Source: Candidatus Enterousia sp.
Lineage (GTDB): Bacteria; Pseudomonadota; Alphaproteobacteria; Rs-D84
Direction: 5' to 3'
Assembly: GCA_045651525.1 (NCBI GenBank)
Contig: JAZRSO010000032.1
Coordinates: 4,523-68,522 of the forward strand
Length of the DNA: 64,000 bases
The translations under genes and the position numbers were made by a program. The number at the start of each line of letters is the position of its first letter. Position 1 is the stretch's first letter. Of the stretch, positions 28,944-37,798 are shown piece after piece. A model generated the notes under the pieces. That model had not been told where the DNA came from and did no database searches. It saw only the letters and a list, made by a program, of their open reading frames with translations.

Positions 28944-30221
28944 TTAGTGTTTTCCACCGATTTTTGTGCGTCCACCCATCAGGGGTTGTAATGCCCGTGG
29001 AATATTTACAGAACCGTCTGGGTTTTGGTGGTTTTCAATAACTGGTACAATTGCGCGTGGCAGGGCAATGCCAGTGTTATTCAATGTTGCACAGAATTGC
29101 ATGCTGCCGTCTGTTGCACGATATCTGGTATTTGTTCTACGGGCTTGGAATTGACCAATTGACGAACATGAACCCAATTCACGATATGTGTTTTCGCTGG
29201 GGAACCAGGCTTCAACATCATGCATTTTAACTTTGTTAAATCCCATGTCGCCTGTGCATGCCATAATAACGCGGTATGGTAATTCCAAATCTTCCATAAT
29301 TTCACACAGGTTGTTTAACAAATGTTCGTGCATTTCATCGGATTGTTCAGGTGTGCAGTATATATATTGTTCAACCTTGTTAAATTGATGTATGCGAACA
29401 ATTCCGCGGGTGTCACGACCGGCGGCACCTGCTTCTTTGCGGAAACATGGTGAAAAACCAGCATATTTAATTGGCAGGTCTTTTTCATTTAACACTTCGT
29501 CACTGTGCAGTGAATTCAAGATAATTTCTGCTGTTCCTGCCAAACATCTGTCTGTGTCTGTCAGCATAAATACATCGTTCGCCATAACAGATGTGTCTGT
29601 TCCCTTGAAGTGGCCCGCGTTAAATATTGTTTGTGGTTTTGTTATCGCAGGACAGTTCACAAATGTAAAGCCCTTGGCAATCAGTTTTTGAATTACATAT
29701 GTTTGAATTGCCAGTTCCAGTTCTGCGGCTTCACCAAACAGGGCGTATGTGCGTGTGCCACAAACAGATGCGATTTTTTCTGGCCTGTACCAATCGTTCA
29801 TTTCCAGCAATTCCCATTGTGGACGTGGTGTAAAGTCAAATTCACGTGGTGTGCCGACACGACGAACTTCGACATTTTCAGAATCGTCGCGACCAAATGG
29901 TGTGTCTGCGCTGGGGATTTGTGGAACACAATGCAGTAATTCATCCAGTTGTTTTTCACGCTCTGCCAGTTCTGCCATATCATTTGCAATTTCCATATTT
30001 ATTTCTTTGGATTTTGCAATCAAAGACGCCTTGTCTGTGGCGGTTGGAATTTCACGTGTGATTTTATTTTTTTCTGCTGTCTTGCTTTGAGTAATAGTTT
30101 TCAATTCGCGAACGCGTGCGTCCAGTTTTATTATTTCATCTGTGTAATCTGTCATGCCTCTTAGTTCGAATGCTTTTTTAACCACGTCTGGGTTTTCGCG
30201 AATAAATTTCATATCCAACAT
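28944..30221 (-). CDS. serS: Serine--tRNA ligase
   Basis: N-terminal coiled-coil arm; class II motif 2 FRKEAGAAGRDTRGIVRIHQFNKVE. Confidence 0.95.
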   Translation of the reverse strand: MLDMKFIRENPDVVKKAFELRGMTDYTDEIIKLDARVRELKTITQSKTAEKNKITREIPTATDKASLIAKSKEINMEIANDMAELAEREKQLDELLHCVPQIPSADTPFGRDDSENVEVRRVGTPREFDFTPRPQWELLEMNDWYRPEKIASVCGTRTYALFGEAAELELAIQTYVIQKLIAKGFTFVNCPAITKPQTIFNAGHFKGTDTSVMANDVFMLTDTDRCLAGTAEIILNSLHSDEVLNEKDLPIKYAGFSPCFRKEAGAAGRDTRGIVRIHQFNKVEQYIYCTPEQSDEMHEHLLNNLCEIMEDLELPYRVIMACTGDMGFNKVKMHDVEAWFPSENTYRELGSCSSIGQFQARRTNTRYRATDGSMQFCATLNNTGIALPRAIVPVIENHQNPDGSVNIPRALQPLMGGRTKIGGKH

Positions 30222-30465
30222 TTTTTATTATCCTTTGTTCATAAATTTGGATTCTATTCTATAACGGTTTATAATATTTGTAAAGAAAATGCGTGATAAA
30301 TTATTCCCCCAACGGGGATGAGATAGAACTAAAAAATACAAAATTCAATGTCATATCACGATAAATTATAGAATAAATTTAACTGTTGTTCAACAGAATT
30401 ATTTTGGTTGTATGAAATACTTTATTTTGTTATATTTAGCGCAGTAAAAAAAGGAAGAAAAGCAA

Positions 30466-31362
30466 ATGTATGATGTAATTATCTTGGGTTCTGGGCCTGC
30501 GGGTTTGACGGCAGCATTATATGCAGCCCGCGCAAATAAAAAAACAATCGTGTTGGGTGGTGACAGACTGGGTGGTCAAATGGCAGGAATCGCCACATTG
30601 GAAAATTATCCTGGATGGGAAGGCAGTGGTATTGCGCTGGCTGAATTTATGAAAAATCAGGCGGAAACATTTGGTGCGTCTGTTGAATTTGTAAGCGCTA
30701 CAAATGTTTCAAAGAACGCAGATAATGATTTTGTTGTATTGGCTGGCGACAAAGAATATATTGGCAAAACAGTTATCGTTGCCACAGGTGCCAGCCCACG
30801 AAAACTTGAAATTGCCGGCGCGCGTGAATTGATGGGGCGGGGCGTTTCGTACTGTGCGACATGTGATGGATTCTTTTATAGTGGTAAAACAGTTATTGTT
30901 ATGGGGGGCGGAAACAGTGCGTTAAACGATGCTTTGTATCTGGCTGATTTGGCAAAAGAAGTCAAAATCGTGTACCGCAAATCTGAATTCTTTCGTGCCG
31001 AAGCGGTCTTGCGTGAACGTGTGGCAGGGCGTGAAAATATCGAATGCTTGTTTAATACAGACCTGGCAAAAATCGAAGAAAAACCAGATTCCACAGATGG
31101 CGAACTGATTGTTACAACAACATCTGGCGAACAGTTGGTTGTTGATGGTGTGTTCGTTGCAATCGGACACGAAGCCAATACAGACTATCTGTCCGAAGAT
31201 ATTAAACGCGATGCGCTGGGGCGTCTTGCGCCATCTGCATTACCCGCAGGTATGTTTGTTGCCGGTGATGTTCATTCTGATTTGAAAATGCAAATTGCAA
31301 CTGCGGTTGGAACTGGATGTACGGCAGGGATGGATGCAATCGCCTATCTAAATAAATTATAA
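30466..31362 (+). CDS. trxB: Thioredoxin-disulfide reductase
   Basis: GSGPAG FAD motif, redox-active CATCDG, GGGNSA NADPH motif. Confidence 0.93.
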   Translation: MYDVIILGSGPAGLTAALYAARANKKTIVLGGDRLGGQMAGIATLENYPGWEGSGIALAEFMKNQAETFGASVEFVSATNVSKNADNDFVVLAGDKEYIGKTVIVATGASPRKLEIAGARELMGRGVSYCATCDGFFYSGKTVIVMGGGNSALNDALYLADLAKEVKIVYRKSEFFRAEAVLRERVAGRENIECLFNTDLAKIEEKPDSTDGELIVTTTSGEQLVVDGVFVAIGHEANTDYLSEDIKRDALGRLAPSALPAGMFVAGDVHSDLKMQIATAVGTGCTAGMDAIAYLNKL

Positions 31363-31470
31363 ATTAAATCTAATGGTATATCTGCAAGCGGTGCCGGCAA
31401 TTCATGTAGCGTTTGTACACTACATTGCCGGCACTACTTGCATCTAAACCATTATCTTTAATTTCTGCGC
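31360..31470 (+). repeat. Single family P palindromic repeat unit beginning at the trxB stop codon
   Basis: Loop TCATGTAGCGTTTGTACACTAC (31402-31423) with stems GCGGTGCCGGCAAT / ATTGCCGGCACTAC. Confidence 0.9.
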
Positions 31471-31476
31471 TTCCCA

Positions 31477-32214
31477 CTAGAACACAATATTTACTTTGCC
31501 GCCGAATTGTATTTCATCGCTTTCAAATTCATAGTCAATATGACCAATGTATTGTGTGCGACCATATTGGCGTATCATTTTTGTGTGTAACCATTCTTGG
31601 TCATAATCGTCGCCCGTTGCTTGGTCTTTGTTTGTTGCTTTGCGGATTGTAAAGCCTCCACCAACGCGCCATTCAGGGGCAATTCTAAAATATGCTTCGG
31701 GCATAAAGTCAATAAATGACATGCCACGTTCATCATCAAATACCCAACTGGATTTGATTGTTGCAGCCAATGTCATGCCTGCCCATTGGCGACCAAAACG
31801 AATTCCTGCATAATATGTTGAATCTGCATAATATGGTGTGCGGGCATGTGAACTGCCACCAAATTTGAATCCGAACAACAGGTCAGATATAACATGTGAT
31901 TCTGTGTCACTGGCGCGCGTCATACGATAAACCGCGCCCAAGTCAATTGCAGAAAATCCGTCCAGTTCACCGTTAAAGTGGTGTTGATAATGTACATTTG
32001 CGCCCAGTGCCAGACGTGGATTCATACCGTATGAAAAACCCTGACCGATACGTAACATATGATTCCAGTATGAAATGTAAGTCTGACTAAGCAGTTCTTC
32101 GGCGTTTTGTAAATATAATGGGTCAGATGAATCGTGTTCCAGTACATTTGCATGTGATGAAACGGGCAGGGCAAAAAAAGCGCAAGCCAAGATAGTAGAT
32201 AAAATTTTACGCAT
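31477..32214 (-). CDS. Outer-membrane beta-barrel protein (245 aa)
   Basis: Signal peptide MRKILSTILACAFFALPVSSHA; alternating-hydrophobic strands; C-terminal ...GKVNIVF. Confidence 0.6.
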   Translation of the reverse strand: MRKILSTILACAFFALPVSSHANVLEHDSSDPLYLQNAEELLSQTYISYWNHMLRIGQGFSYGMNPRLALGANVHYQHHFNGELDGFSAIDLGAVYRMTRASDTESHVISDLLFGFKFGGSSHARTPYYADSTYYAGIRFGRQWAGMTLAATIKSSWVFDDERGMSFIDFMPEAYFRIAPEWRVGGGFTIRKATNKDQATGDDYDQEWLHTKMIRQYGRTQYIGHIDYEFESDEIQFGGKVNIVF

Positions 32215-32235
32215 GATGATTTTCTCTCTCCTGTG

Positions 32236-32263
32236 ATATTCCTGTGAAAAAACACAGGAATAT
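32236..32263 (-). other. Perfect 11-bp stem hairpin between the two OMP genes
   Basis: ATATTCCTGTG-AAAAAA-CACAGGAATAT. No U-run after it on the minus strand, so possibly an mRNA processing/stability element rather than a terminator. Confidence 0.4.
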
Positions 32264-32275
32264 CGGTTTGTTTAT

Positions 32276-33562
32276 TTAGAATTGGAATATTGCTTGCAGA
32301 CCGATTGTCATTTCAGAATATTTATCCAAGTCTGCTGTTCCAATTGGGTACAAGGCGTCAATTGGTGTTGCGCCACCCATACCGTTGCCAATATAAGCGG
32401 TTGAATCTTGGTAATATAAATCTAATGTTTTATCGTCTGCATTGTCAAAGATGGATGTTTTTGCGTATAAGTTCAATGCCATCCAATCATTTGGTTGCCA
32501 CCCAATAGCAGCGCGTACAGATGCCTGATTATGCCAATCATAGTTGCCAAATGTTGCTTCGACATTCAGTGTCCAGTCTTGGTTTAAAACACTAAATACG
32601 CCAAGTCCACCTTCGATATATGTGGCGCTGCTGTCGCCCAGTTGGTATGGCAAATAGAACATTGTCGTATCGCCGTTGGCATTTTTGCCGACAATCGCGT
32701 TGCCGTATGTGTTGCCATCTAAATCAATATACCATGCGCGTGCCAAGCCATAGATTGTTGATTTTTGTATTTTGTAGCCGGCTTTGGCCTCTAATAAGAA
32801 ATTATTAGAAATATCTTTTTGATGTTGGAAATATGCAGATGCCATTGCAATCCATTGGTCGTTGTCAACAAAACGCCATTGCAGGCCCAATCCATACATA
32901 TTCAGACCGCTGTCATCCATTTTATCTGTTGGTGAACCGTCAGAATATTTTATTTCGTAATCAGAAGAATCATATTGCAACATTCCCAAGATTGCAACAC
33001 GGTCAGATATACCGTAACTAAAATCTTCTTTGATTGCGAACATATCTGTTTCCCATGTGCCAACAATTCCTGTAAATGAATTAGACAATGGTGTGCCAGT
33101 CGAATCAACAAAAGGTACTGTTTGATTTATCGTAAAATCATAAGAACTGTTTGTGAAAGACACGTCTGTTATAGAACCAAATTTCCCGCCCAACGGTTGA
33201 AAGAACGGATGCGCCAAGAAATATTTACGTTTGGCGGTTGTGCGTGCTGTTTCAGAACGTGTTCTGTGAACAGTGGTTTTTGTTTCTGTTGCAGATGCAG
33301 ACCTGGTGCCACTGTATTGTTTGTACAGCGCACTGCGGTTTGTTGGTTGTGTGTAATATAAATCACCTGAATTGGATGATTTGTATGTGCTGGTGTTTGT
33401 TTTATATTTTTTGTAATTTATGCTTTCACGTGTTCGTGTTGATGGTGTGCCACTAAGATTTGCACTGGAACCAGCGCGTGTTCCCCAATTGGTTGCAGCA
33501 GGTGCGTCATTTGCAGATAAAATTGCCAATGCACCAATGATAACAGACAATTGCTTTTTCAT
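32276..33562 (-). CDS. Outer-membrane beta-barrel protein with a basic Ser/Thr-rich N-terminal extension (428 aa)
   Basis: Signal peptide MKKQLSVIIGALAILSANDAPA; about 100-aa S/T/R/K/Y-rich region; C-terminal ...GLQAIFQF. Confidence 0.6.
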   Translation of the reverse strand: MKKQLSVIIGALAILSANDAPAATNWGTRAGSSANLSGTPSTRTRESINYKKYKTNTSTYKSSNSGDLYYTQPTNRSALYKQYSGTRSASATETKTTVHRTRSETARTTAKRKYFLAHPFFQPLGGKFGSITDVSFTNSSYDFTINQTVPFVDSTGTPLSNSFTGIVGTWETDMFAIKEDFSYGISDRVAILGMLQYDSSDYEIKYSDGSPTDKMDDSGLNMYGLGLQWRFVDNDQWIAMASAYFQHQKDISNNFLLEAKAGYKIQKSTIYGLARAWYIDLDGNTYGNAIVGKNANGDTTMFYLPYQLGDSSATYIEGGLGVFSVLNQDWTLNVEATFGNYDWHNQASVRAAIGWQPNDWMALNLYAKTSIFDNADDKTLDLYYQDSTAYIGNGMGGATPIDALYPIGTADLDKYSEMTIGLQAIFQF

Positions 33563-33607
33563 AAATAATCTCCTTTTGGATAAAATTATATCATAAAAAG
33601 ATCTTTT

Positions 33608-33640
33608 AAAAAAGAATAAAAAACCGCAATTGCGGTTTAT
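33608..33640 (-). terminator. Terminator of the Stealth-family gene
   Basis: AAACCGCAATTGCGGTTT palindrome overlapping the stop, followed on the minus strand by a T-run. Confidence 0.65.
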
Positions 33641-34629
33641 TTTTCAAATTCTGATTTATTTGGAAAACGTGTTTCTAGATAGTTTATATTGGCGCGCAAC
33701 ATTTCAGGTGTATTTTCATCGGAATCGTTGATGCAGAATATAGCGCATTTTTTTAATGATTTTTCATGTCCCAATACACATGGGCACACATACGATGATT
33801 TGCCAGTTTTATACCAATGTAGGGTATTGTAAATAAAATCTAGGATTTTATGGCGACTGCTTTTGTGCGGGCGTGAACGATATAGTTTACCACGTTTATT
33901 TACCGCGGCGTACAATGTAAATAACCAACGTTGTAATTCTGTGCTGCTTCTGAATTTATTATGAATGTTTTTATCAATATATTTTTTTATCAATGGATGA
34001 TTGCGACATTCAATCCATGATGATTTTATATATGGATCGATACCATGTGACGGCGAATATTTATACATTTTTTTCCCATAAATATCATCAATCAGTTTTG
34101 CACTGCGAATAATTGTTGATGTATAGTTGTCGCTGCTTTCTAGCCATTTATCAATGTTTTTTTGTGGATGTTTGCTGCAAAACATTGTGCGTGTACGTCC
34201 GCGTTTATCAAAAAAGAACCGTGGTGATAACGGACGATTACAAAACATATCATCGTTGATTAATAAAAAACGTTCTGATAAATTTGGAATATTGTGCAGA
34301 CACATTTCAATAGTGTTTGAATTAAATGTTGGGCGGATTTTAGCTGGCATTATGTCGCTGTGTTGAATAATTGTAATTTTTTTATTTTTTGTATTCAGCC
34401 ATTTCGGTACTTGATTAAAATCTGTGATTATATAAATATGATTTACCCATGGAATGTATTTTTCAATGCTGCGCAGGGAATATTTCAATTCACCATTGTC
34501 GCGATATCGTTCTGCATCAGTGTTTGTGTTTGTTATGTTAAATAATTTTTTCAACCACTTATTTTTTTCTGCCAGCCATTTTTTGTCAGAACCATCAACC
34601 CATAAATAAACGATATCAATTTTCTGCAT
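33637..34629 (-). CDS. Stealth-family capsular polysaccharide (hexose-1-phosphate) phosphotransferase
   Basis: CR1 IDIVYLWVDGSD, CR2 RYRDNGELKYSLRSIEKY, LINDDMF. Confidence 0.75.
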   Translation of the reverse strand: MQKIDIVYLWVDGSDKKWLAEKNKWLKKLFNITNTNTDAERYRDNGELKYSLRSIEKYIPWVNHIYIITDFNQVPKWLNTKNKKITIIQHSDIMPAKIRPTFNSNTIEMCLHNIPNLSERFLLINDDMFCNRPLSPRFFFDKRGRTRTMFCSKHPQKNIDKWLESSDNYTSTIIRSAKLIDDIYGKKMYKYSPSHGIDPYIKSSWIECRNHPLIKKYIDKNIHNKFRSSTELQRWLFTLYAAVNKRGKLYRSRPHKSSRHKILDFIYNTLHWYKTGKSSYVCPCVLGHEKSLKKCAIFCINDSDENTPEMLRANINYLETRFPNKSEFEK

Positions 34630-34650
34630 ATGTAGTTCCTTTTTTATTAA

Positions 34651-35154
34651 TTATTTTTTACCAAAGTGTTTTTTTAATATGTCGTATGCGGCAGAAATAC
34701 GTGCAAATTCTGTGGCGGCATTTTTCTTGTCTGATGCAGTGTCTGGGTGGTATTTTTTTGCCAGTGCGCGGTATTTTGCACCAACTTCACGCCATGTGGC
34801 AGAAATACCCAAATCAAAAACTTTTAATGCAGAAACAACATTTGTTGGCAGTTTGCTTTTTACGGGCATACGGTCAAATTTACTACGACCTGTGATAAAG
34901 TCATTTATAAAATTTGCGTAATCAGACGCGTCTTGATTGGCGTCCTTGGCGTCTTTTAATGGCGCGCCAAATGTTTGGCGTTCCCAATCGTCTTCGATTT
35001 CTTCGGGGGTCATATCGGCGTAAAAATTCCAATTTTTATTATATTCTGCGGCGTGTTCACGGCAGAAAAACCAGTACTCTTTTAAATCACGTGTTTTTGG
35101 TGCGCGGCATGTGCCGGCCTTGGTGCAACCCTTGTAATCACATTTTTTTATCAT
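34651..35154 (-). CDS. J-domain protein with an N-terminal Cys-rich segment
   Basis: C-terminal J domain with HPD (AKKYHPDTASD); N-terminal CDYKGCTKAGTCRAP...FCREH. Confidence 0.75.
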   Translation of the reverse strand: MIKKCDYKGCTKAGTCRAPKTRDLKEYWFFCREHAAEYNKNWNFYADMTPEEIEDDWERQTFGAPLKDAKDANQDASDYANFINDFITGRSKFDRMPVKSKLPTNVVSALKVFDLGISATWREVGAKYRALAKKYHPDTASDKKNAATEFARISAAYDILKKHFGKK

Positions 35155-35159
35155 TTTTT

Positions 35160-36020
35160 TTACTTACCTTTCTTGTTCGCCAATGGATGATGATTCGATA
35201 TTGTTTCCTTTAATTTTTCAGGCATTACATGTGTATAAATTTGCGTTGTAGAAATGTCTTCGTGCCCCAGCATGGTTTGTATCGCGCGCAGGTTTGCGCC
35301 ACCCGCCAACAGGTGTGACGCAAAAGAATGGCGCAGTACGTGCGGACTGACACGGTTTTGTTCAATGCCCGATAACATTGCGCATCTTTTTAATATTTTG
35401 AAAAAACCGTCGCGTGTTATGTGGCCTGTTTTTCCGTTTGATGGAAATACATATTTGGAATTTATGTCACCACGTGCATCCAGCCATTTATTTAGTGCGT
35501 GTATGGCAGCATCATGCATTGGTACCAGTCTTTCCTTGGCACCTTTGCCATGAATCAGCAGTTTGTTACCCAAAATGCCAGACATTGGTAATTCGCATAA
35601 TTCAGATACACGTAAACCAGACGCATATAATAATTCAATCATTGCGCGCAGACGAAGTGAATTGCGTACATCGCCCGCAGATGATATTAATAATTCTATT
35701 TCTTCGACAGTTAGAAATTTTGGCAGCGCGCGATTTCTTTTTGGTAATTCAAGATTTGCAGTTGGATTTACCGTGATGATTTTTTCCAGCATTAAAAATT
35801 TATAAAAACCACGCAGGGCAGATGCCTTGCGTGCAACCGATGATGGCTTGTCCGGCAGTGATGATAAATATTGCTGTACGGCAGATTCTGTGGCGTTCAT
35901 CAATCCGCCATCAATTGCGGCGTTTGCCAGATTTAAATCAGATGCATACGATGTCAGTGTTTTTTCACTGCGTCCTTTTTCCGCGGATAATGCTTCTAAA
36001 AAAATATCTATGTAATTCAT
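35160..36020 (-). CDS. xerD: Site-specific tyrosine recombinase XerD
   Basis: ARGD..., HVLRHSFASHLL, LGHEDISTTQIYTHV catalytic-Tyr box. ATG 36020 (MNYIDIFLEAL...) preferred over the 36104 ORF start. Confidence 0.85.
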   Translation of the reverse strand: MNYIDIFLEALSAEKGRSEKTLTSYASDLNLANAAIDGGLMNATESAVQQYLSSLPDKPSSVARKASALRGFYKFLMLEKIITVNPTANLELPKRNRALPKFLTVEEIELLISSAGDVRNSLRLRAMIELLYASGLRVSELCELPMSGILGNKLLIHGKGAKERLVPMHDAAIHALNKWLDARGDINSKYVFPSNGKTGHITRDGFFKILKRCAMLSGIEQNRVSPHVLRHSFASHLLAGGANLRAIQTMLGHEDISTTQIYTHVMPEKLKETISNHHPLANKKGK

Positions 36021-36151
36021 GGGTATACCACAATTTCTGTCATGTGTTGTGTTGCAGGGAATGATATAATCATCAGTGTTACAAGTGTAATAATCAGCGC
36101 CCATATTATAATTGTGTTAATTTTTGTTTTCTTTTTGCGTTTAAGTGGCAT
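36017..36151 (-). CDS. Small membrane protein (44 aa), not in the supplied ORF track
   Basis: My translation is MPLKRKKKTKINTIIIWALIITLVTLMIISFPATQHMTEIVVYP. Basic N-terminus plus one TM helix; GGGGGA SD 10 nt upstream; ATGA overlap with the xerD start. Confidence 0.35.
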   Translation of the reverse strand: MPLKRKKKTKINTIIIWALIITLVTLMIISFPATQHMTEIVVYP

Positions 36152-36168
36152 ATCTTTATAATCCCCCG

Positions 36169-37245
36169 TTAAATATTATCAAATGTATTTATAAATATTC
36201 CTGCACCTGCGATGATTATCAGTGGTGGGGCAATAATGGATAATATTGGTGGCAACGTACCTGTGGAACCCAGTGCATTAAACAGGTTTATCAAAAAGTA
36301 TAACGCAAAGCATGCAATTATTCCCATACTAAATTTTATACCAAAACTGTAATTTCTGCGTTGCTTTGTTTGTGAAAACGCAACCCCCAGTGTTGCCATT
36401 GCAATCATGGTAAGTGGTAAAAATATCAATGTCCATAATTGTACCAAGTGTGGACGTACAGGTACGCCAATACTTTGCATCTTTTTTATGAACGCAGGTA
36501 ATTGCCAAAATGAAATTTGATCTGGTTGCAGATATCTGTCCAGTACTGTTTGTGGTGTCAGTAATGTATGCGTTTCCCAATTTGATGTTTTTGTTGTGCC
36601 GTCCGCATACCAGATGGTTGCATCTTGTGCAGATATATTATTATCAGACAGTTTTACGTTGTCTGCATCAATGCGCATTTTTAGTTTGAAATTTGCACCT
36701 TGGACATAAATAGTAGAATCTTTGAATATCAATGCGTTATCTTGTTTTTCAATGTCTTGGGCGCGCATAGTTATAAACTGATTGTCTGTATTTTCGCGCA
36801 ACCAAATTTTATTGTCAACCAATTGCAATTTATCAGATGATATGTTTTTTGTGCTAAGACTGACAGAATAAGGATTTACAACAGTTGTAGCAAGCAGCCC
36901 AATAAAAAAAGCACCAATAAAAAACGGCTTGGTTGATTGAAACGGTGACATCCCCGCGCCAGATATAATAATACCTTCGCTGGATTTGGTAAGTTTATAT
37001 GATGTTAGCAATGTTCCCATAAATACAGACATTGGTAAAAACATTGGCATATATTCCAACAGTCGTATCCATGAATCAAACAATGCACCCATTGCAGTTG
37101 CGTTTGATGGCAGGCGTTCTACAAATGTCACAGCCAATATAATTCCACACACAACCAATAATACCAAACCAACGCCGGAAAAAAATCGGCGTAATAAAAA
37201 TCGATTTAAGATACTTGGTCTAAACATATCTATGAAATTATACAT
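36169..37245 (-). CDS. lptG: LPS export ABC transporter permease LptG (YjgP/YjgQ family)
   Basis: 358 aa. Three N-terminal TM helices, a periplasmic beta-jellyroll-sized loop, then three C-terminal TM helices. Confidence 0.75.
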   Translation of the reverse strand: MYNFIDMFRPSILNRFLLRRFFSGVGLVLLVVCGIILAVTFVERLPSNATAMGALFDSWIRLLEYMPMFLPMSVFMGTLLTSYKLTKSSEGIIISGAGMSPFQSTKPFFIGAFFIGLLATTVVNPYSVSLSTKNISSDKLQLVDNKIWLRENTDNQFITMRAQDIEKQDNALIFKDSTIYVQGANFKLKMRIDADNVKLSDNNISAQDATIWYADGTTKTSNWETHTLLTPQTVLDRYLQPDQISFWQLPAFIKKMQSIGVPVRPHLVQLWTLIFLPLTMIAMATLGVAFSQTKQRRNYSFGIKFSMGIIACFALYFLINLFNALGSTGTLPPILSIIAPPLIIIAGAGIFINTFDNI

Positions 37246-37320
37246 TTTTCATTTGATAATTGCAAAATTAAAATGATTGCGTATAATTCTCAGAATAAAA
37301 TGTAATTATAAGGTAGAAAA

Positions 37321-37791
37321 ATGGAAAAAAGACCAATTTCACGCGCAGGTTTTGATAACTTGTTGAAAGAACTGAAAGATTTAAAGGAAAATCAAAGACC
37401 TGAAATTCTGGAAACTGTACAATGGGCACGTTCTTTGGGTGATTTATCTGAAAACGCAGATTACAGCGCGGCCAAGGAAAAACAGCGTCAAATTGACAGT
37501 CGTATCAGATTCTTAGAAGATTTAATTCAAAATGCTGCGGTAATTGATATTGATTCGTTAAGTGGTAATCGTGTTGTCTTTGGTGCGCGTGTTGTCGCCG
37601 AAGATGAAGATGGTAACAAAATGCAATGCAGAATATTATCTGATATTGAATCAGATGGTCGTACTGTTATTTCATGTACGTCGCCTGTGGGGCGTGCAAT
37701 GATTGGACGATGCGTGGGTGATACATGTATTGTAAAATTGCCAAGTGGTGAAAAAGAATATGAAATCTTGGAAGTAACGTTTAAAGAGTAA
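37321..37791 (+). CDS. greA: Transcription elongation factor GreA
   Basis: GDLSENADYSAAKEKQ coiled-coil tip motif; 156 aa. Confidence 0.93.
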   Translation: MEKRPISRAGFDNLLKELKDLKENQRPEILETVQWARSLGDLSENADYSAAKEKQRQIDSRIRFLEDLIQNAAVIDIDSLSGNRVVFGARVVAEDEDGNKMQCRILSDIESDGRTVISCTSPVGRAMIGRCVGDTCIVKLPSGEKEYEILEVTFKE

Positions 37792-37798
37792 GTTTGTT

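Noticed and set aside
30300-30330. Small hairpin TTCCCCC-AAC-GGGGA in the serS/trxB divergent region as a terminator or riboswitch
   Set aside because: The stem is short, there is no U-run on either strand, and no conserved riboswitch core is recognisable. It lies between two divergent promoters, where no terminator is expected.
35160-36020. Tyrosine recombinase as a sign of a prophage or integrative element
   Set aside because: The sequence has XerD-type boxes and sits between lptG and a conserved J-domain gene. There are no att-like flanking repeats, tRNA target or phage genes.
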